The notes beneath the pieces are model-generated. The model was not told the DNA's origin and did not search any database. It was given only the letters and a program-made list of their open reading frames with translations. Source: Patellaria atrata CBS 101060 (lineage: Eukaryota). Taken from it: a DNA stretch of 64,000 bases. Shown one piece after another: positions 11,523 through 23,109 of this stretch. Each line of letters begins with the position of its first letter. The stretch's first letter is position 1. The DNA is taken from NCBI GenBank assembly GCA_010093705.1, contig MU006096.1:394004-458003 (forward strand), in the 5' to 3' direction. The position numbers were made by a program, and so were the translations under genes.

Positions 11523-14386
11523 TCACGCCTCTGCCGTAGGTCTCCTGAAGGGATGAGCCTCTGTGTTCAAAACCCACTCGTCCAAATTGACCAGATCCTC
11601 ATCACTAAACAGGAGGTAAAAGTACTTCAGCGTCTCGGCGAGCCAAAAGCTCTCCATCTCATCCAGCTGTTGCGGGATACTCTTTGTGACATCGTCGATA
11701 GCACTATTCCCGTAGGGTGCGCGGGTTTTTGACATAATGGCATTGAACATTTTCCAACCGACTTCACGCCAATGCTGATCGCCTGTAATACGGTACATAT
11801 AGAAGACTGACTCGATAGCTTCGGGCCTATCGATAAAAAAGTCAGTATACTATGCCTCACTTAAACCTTCCAACAGCAGAAGTTTGTACATACCTAAGGA
11901 TATACTTTCGGTCCACTATCGAGAGAAAACCTTCAGGTAGCCTCTCATCTTCAATGCGGGATTTGGCGTACTCTTCAAGGGTCGGAGGAGGATCAGGATA
12001 CGGGTTATAGTCCGCATCTTCGCGCGGACCTAGCTTCTCCTTCTTCACGGGACCCTCGGTAGATACTCCATCAAGTTGCCTCTTGGCCATTTTAGGACTT
12101 ACTGCTGGTGTTTCGCGCTGGTCGAATATTATTCTGTCAACTTCAGCGTCAGCATCGGACTCAGCTGTGGATGCCGCGGTGGGAGGTTTTTCCAAGCTAG
12201 CTGCTGCTGCTGCGGCCTGCTGTTCCTTGATTGCGGCAATCTGCTCGTTGTATGCTCGCATTCTAGATTCCGCAAAGGGGTCTAAACGGCTGTACCATTC
12301 CGTTTCGTTCCAGGTACAGCTAGCGGGGTTTTGACATTTGATCGCGATCAATGCTTCTGGCATGATACCTGTCGCGGTTGATTCATAAGCCCATACACAG
12401 CCATCAGTAAGTTTAGCGGCGACTTCAAGATCTTCCTCACGACCAAAGATCTTTGCGCCCATGGCAAGCATGCCCCCAGCGAAACAAGTAAGATGGGCTG
12501 ATTCCGCTTCGAAGTCTTCATCCATAACAATTTCTGTGCTCTCGGTAGTAGTTATAGGACTCAGGGATAATTTCCCAGAGACGAGAATGTCTCGGTTATC
12601 TTTCGTCATGGGTCGGAAAAAAAGCTTTTTGGAGAACACATCGGCGGATGTTTCGTACATCGTCTTGTATTGGTCTTTCAACCCACCAAGTAGTAGCCAT
12701 TCCTATGTAATGTCAGTTTCAGCCCTTATCTTGAGTCATGCTCGATTACCTTGGGTAGATATTCGTAGGTGGAATCTGAGAGGCCACCTAATGTGAACTG
12801 TTCGCTGCCATAGTCAGATGACGACACGAGCCCCTGAGGAATACATTCCAATTTCTTCTCCGCAGCTGCATCCAGGTCTGTGAGTGGTTCAGATTCTAGT
12901 TGTCTTTTGGTCTTTGACGAAGAATTAGATGAGTGATTGTCGTCCCAGCCTTGTATCTTTCCCTTGATCGGAACATCTTGTTCAAGCGTAGTAGCGTCAA
13001 CGGGATTTCCTGAGCTCGACTCATCCCGAATATATGCTTCCGTGTTTGGTAGAGCAACCGGAATAGTAGGGTCAGTCGAGTGACTGGGACGTTTGCATCC
13101 TGAAGCATCAAGATATGTTGGCCACATGCCAGGAAGCCTGGTTTTACCCTGGAATTCCTCCAGCGCATCTGTCACTCGTTGCACGGCATCAAAATATTTT
13201 GGCTCTTTGGTTAACTGGGCTAATCTAGTAAACTCCATAGTCAAGGAACCAATTTCAGCAAGTACAACACGGGTTGACGCTCGATGCGGTTGAGAGGCAA
13301 ATGTACTTGACAGAATTAGCAAATAGAATATCCTGTTGAATCCAACTTCACTTACGGTTTCCAGGTATAAAAAGTAACTGGCATTCGATTTGGTGTATCG
13401 AATGCCCCAAACATTATATCTCCAATCTCGACGGCCTTATCGAGTAATATTTTTTGGTCCCGGCCGCTTATATCGTAAGCCGCAAGTAACCCGCCGAGAT
13501 ATCGAATCGTGGCTTCGAATATAGGAATGTCAAACCGAATACTTGTCGTGAAATCGATATTTGCAACAGCATTCACGGCTTCTTGAAATTCCTCTTTCAA
13601 TCCCATAATCCATAGTGTGTCTAATGAATCGACTAGCGTCGCGGCCCACCCACAGAATGGGTCGCGAGATCCGTTTGACACAGGCGATAACTCGTCCTTC
13701 AACCAGGCAAACTGCCTGTAACCGTTCCATGAATGAAGGAAAGCTTCCTTAACCGCAGCTTGCTTCTGCTCCCGGTCAGCCTTGGCAACTTCAGACTCCT
13801 CAGTGAAAGTATGCTGGATCTTTGGGATTGATGTCGGCGTCCCAGTAGGCAGCTGAATGGTAGAGCCCTCTGGGACTGGGAAGTGTTCCTTCTGTTTCCG
13901 CCAATGTATTATCGGGACCTGATCATTTGCGGGAGGGATAACAGGCTCTAACCTGCCTTCTCCGTGCTCGACGGGAATATCTGCAGGATTGAAATCAAGA
14001 TTATAATGGTGTGTCGGGATGCCATCTTGGTCTGGAGTAGGGTTGATCTTGGTAGGCGCTGTCTTGTGTGGTCTCTGCGTGGGACGTGGCTTTTGGGTAG
14101 GCCTATTGATATGACTGTAGGTAGGAGCGGGTAAGCGATCGAAGGGGGTATCCGCTGCAGGTATGTGAAGGTCAGGTCTCTTTGTTTCTACGACAATTAC
14201 ACCTGGTCGTTGATCTGGGTTCGGTTTTGTGCCATCGACTGGATTCTGACCCCATGGATGACGCAAGGCATCTGGAGCATAGTTTTTTGCCGTTTCCCAT
14301 TCTTGAGTTCCTCTTAATTGGACGAATGCGATGATAGCAACGACAGTGAAGAGTAAAAACACTCTGTATCTGCGATACCGAAGCAT
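11523..14386 (-). CDS. Class I alpha-1,2-mannosidase (GH47), type II membrane protein, 4 exons
   Basis: N-terminal anchor [18 protein letters not shown]47 motifs [83 protein letters not shown] and NTEAHP. Confidence 0.93.
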
Positions 14387-15310
14387 CTCTCACGGCGACC
14401 GTGGGCTCCAAACACAGAAGGCCTTGAGAAGGAAAAGGTCGCGTGCGCAAAATGGAGATGGTGGGAGTAAGGATTAAGGAGAGAGCATCTGCGAACAGAC
14501 GATGGTAATTATCTAGTTCTAAGGATAAAAGCGCAAATGGGGTTCCCTAAAAAGACACAATAATTCGAGTAAAGCGAAAAGGTATGGTACAACAGGAAGA
14601 TGAGAGTAACAGAAGACGGCAAATGTGGTTGCACTGTGGTCTCAATTTCTCTCCTAATCCCCAACTACTTTCCCAGGCCTCCCAGGGCTCAGGTTCTTGG
14701 CGAATCTCACGTTCAACGTAAGTTCTAGCTCCTGTAATGTATGACTAAGGTATCTTGAGTAAGTTAGTAGTATTAGGGATCCTTATAGGGAACGTTATTG
14801 GACCATGAGGCATCACCGCAGGAGTTCAGACTTCAGAAACCCCTAGCCCCACCAGTCGCCCCTGAATGGAGCGTTTTCTAAAGGAGCTGACAACTCGCTA
14901 GGTATTCGAACGAGGCCACCATTAACATCACAAGTGTTCTGATCTATCTTCAAGTTCTGACCATTCAGAGTCTTCGCATTATTTGTCTACAGTACCGGGC
15001 ATGTGATATTAAAGTTGATAAGCACTTTTTCATCGCCGCGGAGCCAAGTCATGGACCCCGCAAAACAATTTGTGCATTGCTCCTTTGGGTGATCCACTTT
15101 GCAGTCGGATACACAGGTGTGGGGTAAGTAGAAAGTTATATACTATGAACTTGCCCACGACCCTTAGATACCTGGTCGGTAGGTGCTTTTACCTGTGAAA
15201 TTTTATGATACAAGTGCTATGCTCATCATGCCATCCAATCACCCTCGACAACTGCTGGTGTTCATCTCCGGACTTTTCCTCATGAAACATAAAGGAAGAC
15301 ATTCATACGT

Positions 15311-17397
15311 TTACTGCTCAGTTACTGATTCTGGAGCTCTCCCCATTTGCCGTGCTTTTAGCATCTCATCACATAGTAACAAGTTGGATGCGATGCCCGA
15401 ACTTGAAGCGATACAGTTGCGGAGTACTCGGAAAGAATCAAAGACACCTTGCTGTATAGGATCCATGGGTTTGCCAGTCGTTAGGTTGAGGCCAACAATA
15501 TTACCATCTGAAAGCTCGTCCTGGAGATCGGCAACTGGAGATCATTAGTATTACTGTTAGTTCACAAAGTTTATGAACACTCACGGGAATCTTGAATATC
15601 GTGTCCTGCATTGGCAGCAAGCGTTTTCGGTATTATTAGAAGAGCATCCGCGAAGGCTGTTACTCCATATTTTGCCTTTCCTTTGGCTGTCTTTCTGAAG
15701 GACTCGCTCGACAAGTGAGCAGCACAAGCTACTTGGAACGCACCCGCTCCAGGTACCACACTCCCGTCGACAATCATGTTATAGACGCTTCGTAAACCGT
15801 CACGAACTGCATCTTTGATTTGTGTGATTGTATGTGCGTTTGGACCCTTGATCAGAAGAGTTACTGACTTTGGATCCTTCACCTCTTCCTTTTGAACGTT
15901 AGAAATATCCATCGTTTGAAAGGAAGGATCACTTACAATGAAAGTATACTTCTCCTCGCCAAGTTGATGTTCATAGACAACACCTGCCCACCCTAGTACG
16001 TCCGGTGAAAGATCATCTACGCTGTTCTGCGCTGAGCCACCGCATACCAGCTGTAACCTTTCCATGTTTCTTCTCTTGGCTCTCCTTAGGGCAAAGATAC
16101 CATTCTTTACCAAGACATCTAAGCTGAGTGGATCAATTCCCTTCTGGTTTATTACTACAAAACCCTTCTTCGGGTCATCACCGCACACTTCCTTTTTTAG
16201 TTCCACAATCTTACGTAGCTTCTCATCTACGAAACGTCTCTCGCTCTCCACTAACTTTTCCCTCTGCCCTGCGCTCGAGTAATAAAATCCCGAATTGATT
16301 TCTGATTTCTCATATTCCAAGCTTACATTCAGGGTCAAAATATAAGCATTTTCAACTCGTTTCGCCATGTCAGGGTGTCTCGCACCATGATCTAAGGCCA
16401 GTCCTCGGATGAGTTGTGTGTCAGCTGCTGTCCGGTGTTGCATTGTCATGATTTCAATCATGTGGAGGTCTGGCTTCGATGACGGGTTGTAGATCGCTAG
16501 GACGGCATCCACGATTGACGGCGTGAGTTGCTCCGCTAACGAAGCGTTCAATTTGGTAGAGAGGGACGTCCTTGCGACTGATAGAAGGAGTTCGCGATCA
16601 ACATCTCGTTTCAGTTTAAAATTATCCAGAAACTAGAATATCAGTTTTGAATTTTTCTTGGAAAACACATTGCTCACCTTTAATGCCTCTGTCTTTGCGA
16701 TCTCGAAACCATCTGTGATAACTCTCGGATGTAGTCCTTCTGATATGTAGCGATCTGCTTGCTTTAATAACTCTCCTACCATTAGCACCACAGATGTTGT
16801 TCCATCGCCAGTAATATCATCTTGCGCCGTAGCCGCTCTTGCGATCATAACCTTTCCAACGGTTTAGTATGCTTTTGAAGGAAATAAAAAGAACATATCC
16901 ATACTGCCGTGGGATTTTGAATTTGCTATACCATGTTAGTAGTAATAAAAAACTCGGTAGCAGATTGGCATACCATCTCTCGAAGAAGAACACTTCCATC
17001 CTTGGTGAGCTTAATCTACCATGTGTTAGCCTATATAAGGAATGATAGGCAGGATATGTCCCATACTGCTCCCGCACCATCTACAAGCCTAGATGGACAA
17101 ATTTAGCATACATAATTCAGATATTGAATCAAAAGGTCCAGTCTCACATCTTTAAGGTGCCCAGGGGACCCAGATTAGATGCTAGTACCTATGAAATCAG
17201 CTATTTAGCTTCCTATAAACAGAACTTTTCGTCTTTGCTTCGCCCATACCTGTTGTAGACCCTCACCTGCTGAAATATTAACCCTCAAAGCTTCCCCGCG
17301 CCTCTACTTTGCTGTTAGCTCGAAGAAATTGTATGCTTGAGTAAGGGAATCGTACCCGCGACTCCGCTTTAGGATTTAGTAGCTGTGCAGCAGACAT
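15311..17397 (-). CDS. CCT6: T-complex protein 1 subunit zeta (chaperonin CCT6), many short 5' exons
   Basis: Start [14 protein letters not shown]. Motifs [36 protein letters not shown] and [11 protein letters not shown]. Ends [17 protein letters not shown], stop at 15311. Confidence 0.95.
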
Positions 17398-17650
17398 ATT
17401 GACCAGTATGAGAGAAACGGTCGGAAACGATTTAAACTGAGGAATACAGTGGATATCACAATACTCTCTATGCAGCCTACGTTCACGAACTTTTTTGAGA
17501 CGCGACTGGTCTCGGCGTTAGGTTTAGCCGATAGCCGCAGCCAAGATTTTCCGACCTGAGCTTGAGCTTCGAACTTTTTTCCAACGACCACAGCCATTTT
17601 TGATACCAACCAAAACATATACGTTCTCGCTTGAGGGGTTATAATCCACC
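17398..17650. promoter_or_regulatory. Bidirectional promoter region between CCT6 and NOP56
   Basis: Only 253 bp separate the two divergent start codons. Contains GAACTTTTTT twice. Confidence 0.6.
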
Positions 17651-19275
17651 ATGGCTGACTACCTACTCCTTGAGCAGTCGATCGGCTATTCGGTATATCA
17701 TACTTGCGCTGCAATCGAATAAAAGCTAATTGTCGCAGGTCTTCAAAGTGCTCCTACAAACCGACACGGTCGGCAATCGCCTGAAGGAAGTTCAAGCTCA
17801 ATCCCAGGACCTTGCAAAATTTGGTAAGATGGTCCAACTGGTCTCTTTTGCTCCATTTCAAGGCGCAACACAAGCATTCGAGAACGCCAATGATGTTTCC
17901 GAAGGAATCGCATCGGAGTACCTCAAGTCTGTCTTAGAAACAAATTTACCCAGACCGGGAAAAAAAAACAAGGTGGTTCTCGGTGTCTTCGATAAGAATC
18001 TTGCTGGAAGTATTAAGGCAGCCTTTCCAAATATCGAATGCGAGACAAGCGAAACTAGTGAAGTTGTTGGAGATCTTCTACGAGGGTTGCGAATGCACGC
18101 GCCAAAGCTATTGAAACAATTGCAGGAGGGCGATGTGGAACGTGCCAATCTAGGCCTTGGACACGCATACTCTAGAGCAAAAGTCAAATTCAGCGTCCAG
18201 AAGAACGACAACCATATCATCCAGAGCATAGCCACTTTAGATCATCTGGATAAAGCGGTCAATCAGTTCTCAATGCGAGTCAGGGAATGGTACAGCTGGC
18301 ATTTCCCCGAACTCATCAAGATCGTCTCGGAGAATCATCTGTACGCAAAGGTTGTACTGTTCATAGGGGATAAGTCTACCCTCTCGGACGATAAATTACA
18401 CGATCTTGCGGCAGTTGTGAATGATGACAAGGCCATTGCTCAAGCTATCATCGATACTGCGAGAATTAGCATGGGTAGAGATGTCTCTACGACGGATCTG
18501 GAAACCATCACACACTTTGCAGAAAGAGCCGTCAGTCTAGCTGAATTTCGAAAGAACTTAAGCAATTACCTTGGATCGAAAATGCATATCGTTGCCCCCA
18601 ACTTAGCTACGCTCATAGGGGATACAGTCGGGGCAAGGTTGATTTCAAAAGCTGGAAGCTTGACTAATCTCGCTAAATATCCTGCTTCCACCATTCAGAT
18701 CCTTGGAGCAGAAAAGGCTCTATTTAGGGCATTGAAAACCAAGGGAAATACTCCCAAATACGGTATTCTCTATCACGCAAGCTTTATTGGTAAGACGGGA
18801 CAGAAGAATAAGGGCCGTATCTCGCGGTTCTTAGCAAACAAATGCTCTATCGCGTCGCGCATAGATAACTTTTCCGAAGCCCCTACCACAAAGTTTGGTG
18901 AAGCATTGAAGAAACAAGTTGAAGAAAGGATGGAGTTCTATCAAAGTGGTGTACCACCAACAAAGAATGAGGTCGCTATGGTAAGCATTATCCCAGAGTA
19001 TTTCTTAAAAAAATCAGCTACTAACACTTTGAAAGAAATGCGCCATGGATTCCGTTTTGGCGGATCTTGACATTGCAGATCCCACTGCCGCAGGTGCTGA
19101 AGACGTTGAAATGGCTGATGGTGTTACGGCCGCAGCTGTTGAACAGAAGATTCGGCACAAGAAGGACAAGAAAGAGAAGAAGTCCAAGGGTGAGGATGAA
19201 CTGGCCGAGATGAAGAAACGGAAGCATGTTGAAGCCGACGGCGAGAAGAAGAAAAAGAGTAAGAAAGCTAAATAG
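17651..19275 (+). CDS. NOP56: Nucleolar protein 56 (box C/D snoRNP core protein)
   Basis: Start MADYLLLEQSIGYS followed by an intron. Motifs LGLGHAYSRAKVKFSVQKNDNHIIQ, MRVREWYSWHFPEL and ASTIQILGAEKALFRALKTKGNTPKYG. Lys-rich tail in the last exon. Confidence 0.95.
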
Positions 19276-19746
19276 TACAGTTTAGCTATGCATGGTGTCA
19301 TAGGAGCCTGGCGTTAGGGAATTGTGCCTGGATACCCAGGGGTATGCATTTTAGGGTATGGTGGTACCTTCTACTGTTGAGTTGATCGGAGATTAGCGGC
19401 GTAGATTCAGCAGGTCTCAAATAATTTTGTCTACCTAGTAGCAAAGGTTCTCTCGGTGCGCCAAATTGGCACAATGGTTCTGTACTTTATACATATCAAA
19501 CAGTCAATAAATTAGAACTTCCCACGATGCTTCTTTCTGAATTTGCACAGCTTCGAAATTTTAGCAATAGTATTGAAAATCTGTTCTAGTCGTACATACT
19601 CCGTAAAGGTGGACTAAAGTGAGTTTTGGCCCAAGGGCCCTTGTGGTCAATGATTGGTTGTTTGCAAACCTCAAGTCGCGTTTCCCTCGCGGTTCCTCGT
19701 CAATCGTGAGCTCCTCTTTCAACATTAGTCTACACTTAACACCACA

Positions 19747-21760
19747 ATGTCCGCTTTGCCTGTACATCGGGTCTTAAAGAAGGGCAAAACTGCACAGCTC
19801 TGGTAAATAAAATATGAGTTTCCCCTTCGTACCAAGCTAATCCATTGGCGATAGCTATGACCTCCCACATCGCATTACAGAAGCCAAAGTCTACCCAGTC
19901 ACAGCTCCAAATGGCTCAACTATTATCATCTACGGCCGATCCAATGGCATCACAGTGTTGTGGAGCGGTGGACGTTCTTTAAAGAAGAGGAAGGCGTCCG
20001 AGGCGCCCCAGGAACCTGAGACAAATGGGAATAACGAGGATGCTATTATGATCATAGACTCCGATGAGGAGGAGGAAGCGCCCACTAAAAGGAAAGCTGA
20101 CAACATTCCTGACGCAGAATTTGAATCTGAAGAGGAGGAGACGGACTTCTCAGAGTCATATCCTCCCATTGTTCAACGACTCACGCTCCCACTCGGAACC
20201 CAGGTTTTACACATCGCCATTCCCAGCATACCAATCAAACCGTCAATTAAAGGATCGAACTCCTTACCTCAGATGTTCTACGATATGATCGTATTTTCGG
20301 TAGCGTGCGCGGACAATTCAATAAAGATTCTCACACTGCCACTTAGCCCACCTTCAAATGAGGCCATAGAACAGGAAACCGTTGGAGAGGGCATAGTTAA
20401 CATTTCTGGACCAACGGGGCATCAGAGAGTACCAGATGGATTATCGATGGCCTGGACAGCACGAGAACCTCTAAGTCCAGTCCATGAGCTTGAAGAAGAT
20501 GATACCATGGAGATAGATGCAACCCCAACCTCCAAAGCGTTCCTAAGTCGCTCCCATTCTCACCCTCGAAACACGCAATGGGATCTAGTGCTAGCATCGC
20601 ATTCTACTGAACTTAGTGGAATATTTCATATATTTCGCGTCCCGGTCACGCTCGACGGCGATGATTATATGTTGGAACGTCCAACCGGTTCCTCTTTCAC
20701 ACAGTACCTTAGTTCTCCAGCTGCGTCAGTCACTTTCAGTCCGGCTCATTATCCCTCTAAGAAGCATCTTCAACTATTGATTGTGGAGTCTAAAGGCGCT
20801 GTCAGAATCTTCAACCCACTGGCACCCAGTCGGGCACGGCCTCGCTCCTCTAGACAAGAAACAGATTCCCGTAATAAAGTGAATCGTGGCTCATGGGTTG
20901 CTTCATTCCTAACACCTTTCGATCTCTCTAAATCCAAGACAACTTCTGCTGATATGGTGCGGCGTAAACGTATTCTGTCGGCACAGTGGACAACAAATGG
21001 TTCAAGTGTGCTCATGCTCCTATCCGATGGGGAATGGGGTATATGGGACTTTGAGGGCTCTGGACCATCTCCACCAGGCGCTTCCTTTGGCGCATCTGCT
21101 CTCACCTTTAGTATGCGGGGCTTCATTGGAGCTGCAACTCGCGCCACACATCTCAAAAAGCCCAAGAGCGGGCGCCTTTCTCTAGAGCCTGCAACGCCTA
21201 ACACTCGTCGAGTAAAGGAAGAGGCACTTTTCAGCGGCTCGAAAACCTTGAGTAGTAGTACAGTTATGAATGGTGGTATATCTGTACGAACATGTCACCC
21301 GCTTTCGGGGCACCCAGATGAATCCGTTATTATCTGGTTCGGCGATGAAGTCTACCGTATTCCACAACTCCATCAGTTCTGGAGTCGCAGTGTTTCAAGT
21401 GGAGGCGGAACCGGATCACTGTATGGACCAGGCCTCAGTCACGTCGATGGGATCAAGCTCTTCAATGAGCGAATCTCGCATATCGATCAGTTCCCGATCC
21501 AGAGAGCCGCGGCAAGGGTTACAAAGAACACGGATTTACTCATAGCTGCGGAAAGTAGGCTACTCATTCATATGAGCTCTGCAATGGTAGCGTCCGCCAA
21601 CGCACCTTTATTCGCAAAGGAGAAAGAAGCGGACAATACTGCGTCTGTGGATCAAAGTTTGCTTCTCAGAGGGGAGCTCGACACAGTTGGTTTGGATAGA
21701 GTGATGGAGAGTATGGGATCTCTCGGAACGGCTCCTCGTAGAGTTGGGTTTGCTGCTTAA
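19747..21760 (+). CDS. NUP37: Fungal nucleoporin Nup37-like beta-propeller protein
   Basis: ATG at 19747 and one intron, then YDLPHRITEAKVYPVTAPNGSTIIIYG joined to ORF 19955-21760. Motifs RKRILSAQW and LLSDGEWGIWD resemble Pezizomycotina Nup37 (recognised from memory). Confidence 0.7.
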
Positions 21761-22299
21761 ACCGGTGACCAAATTTCAGGTTATGGTACCTTATTGACCG
21801 TCTACGATAAGAACACGTGGATTAGGCAGCAGTTACGCTCCATCCATGTATCGTCATTTCTTGGCTAAGGAGATATATGAATAAAAGATACCCCAAGGAC
21901 TTCATTCTCGACACCTCAACTTACCACTAGAATTTTCAATAGAAAGATAAATGTTCTCCTTTGTTTTGCCCAGTTGGTCGCTAACCATAGGTATACATTC
22001 CCTGGCCAGCTGAAGGTCTGAGTCGAAAAGCACCCTGAACACTACGCTACTCTTTTCTTTCTCCAGTCTGTTATTTATCCATAAGGTAGTGACTTCCAAT
22101 TTTCCTGCTCTTGTCTCTCCTCTTAATGAATCTCCTTCTATTCTCGTTTCTTCCTTCGCAATCTCTTCCTCCCGTACTCTTCACTTTCAACCTCAAGCTT
22201 CTCCCTCCCCACTCCCTTCCTCTCTCCCTACTCTCTTTTCTCTCCAACAGTCCAGCACCTGGCCCATAAAAAACATTCCATCACCATAACCCCCAACGC

Positions 22300-22660
22300 A
22301 AACACACATACCAAACTCGCGAGGTAAGGTGGAGCACTAGGCGCGTCCCATCCTCGCTGCTCTGTAACCTCCGCGACAAATCAAACCGCACGCTCTCCGG
22401 ACCGAAGCCTCCTCACCGAGGTCTGCGGACAGCCCGTCTGTCTGGGGTCCTTACTCTCGCAACCCCGAGTTGCAGGAGGACATGAGAGTGGGCGAGTAAA
22501 CAGCCCATGGCCCTGGACACAGAAACCGGAGCACTTTTCTCCAAGCGGTGGGGAAATGTGAGGATGGTTTTGCCGTCTGCCGCTGTCCCCGGCGTCCTAT
22601 TCGCCTCTTGTCGGCTCTGCTGGTGAGGGGAGGGAGGGGATGTCGCATATGTGGGATAGC
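22300..22660 (-). ncRNA. Candidate structured non-coding RNA, identity unresolved
   Basis: GC-rich island in an intergenic gap with no credible ORF. Minus-strand hairpins include ggc-UUCG-guc, uugc-GAGA-guaa, gacag/cuguc and gcaacu/gguugc, with G-U pairs that work only on the minus strand. TATATAAA lies at ~22680-22687 just upstream. Confidence 0.4.
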
Positions 22661-23109
22661 GGATGGGTTGGCTGGCACATTTATATAAATCCTGCAAAGA
22701 ATTTATACCAAAACGATAAACCGACCACTCATATTTCATTTCAAGGTCTTGTTTTTGGTCTGCAAATATTAAAGTTGTCAACATTCTCTATCTCTTAGCT
22801 TTTGTTTTATGTATCCATCCCATTCATTATGCGTGGAATACGTGCTTACCGTGCAAAAATGCCTTAAGATCGCTCTCTAAGCCCTTCTTATGCCAGCCAT
22901 CGCTTTTACTTCATATCAATGCACATATTGCACAATAGCCCGTCATGAAATGATAGATATCCCCCATCAGACAAATAGCGCCACTGCTCTAATGAGATGA
23001 GAGCAGATGTCATACCCATCCAAATCCTCCCCCGACTAGGAAAATGCCAGTTCAATTACCACAGTCTTCTCTCAACACCTCCCCTTAACTCGAGAAACAT
23101 ACTCTCCAT

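Noticed and set aside
22300..22690. Identification of the structured region as RNase MRP/P, U3, SRP, snR30 or telomerase RNA
   Set aside because: Only partial motif resemblances (GAAAAGUGCUCCGG, GAGCGUG, AGCAGC, AAACCAU). The partner motifs (P4 3' strand, boxes C/D, GNRA helix 8, m1, TAACCC template) are missing.
22413..22784. Minus-strand ORFs of 123 and 75 aa
   Set aside because: No recognisable domain. They are probably by-products of the GC-rich structured sequence.
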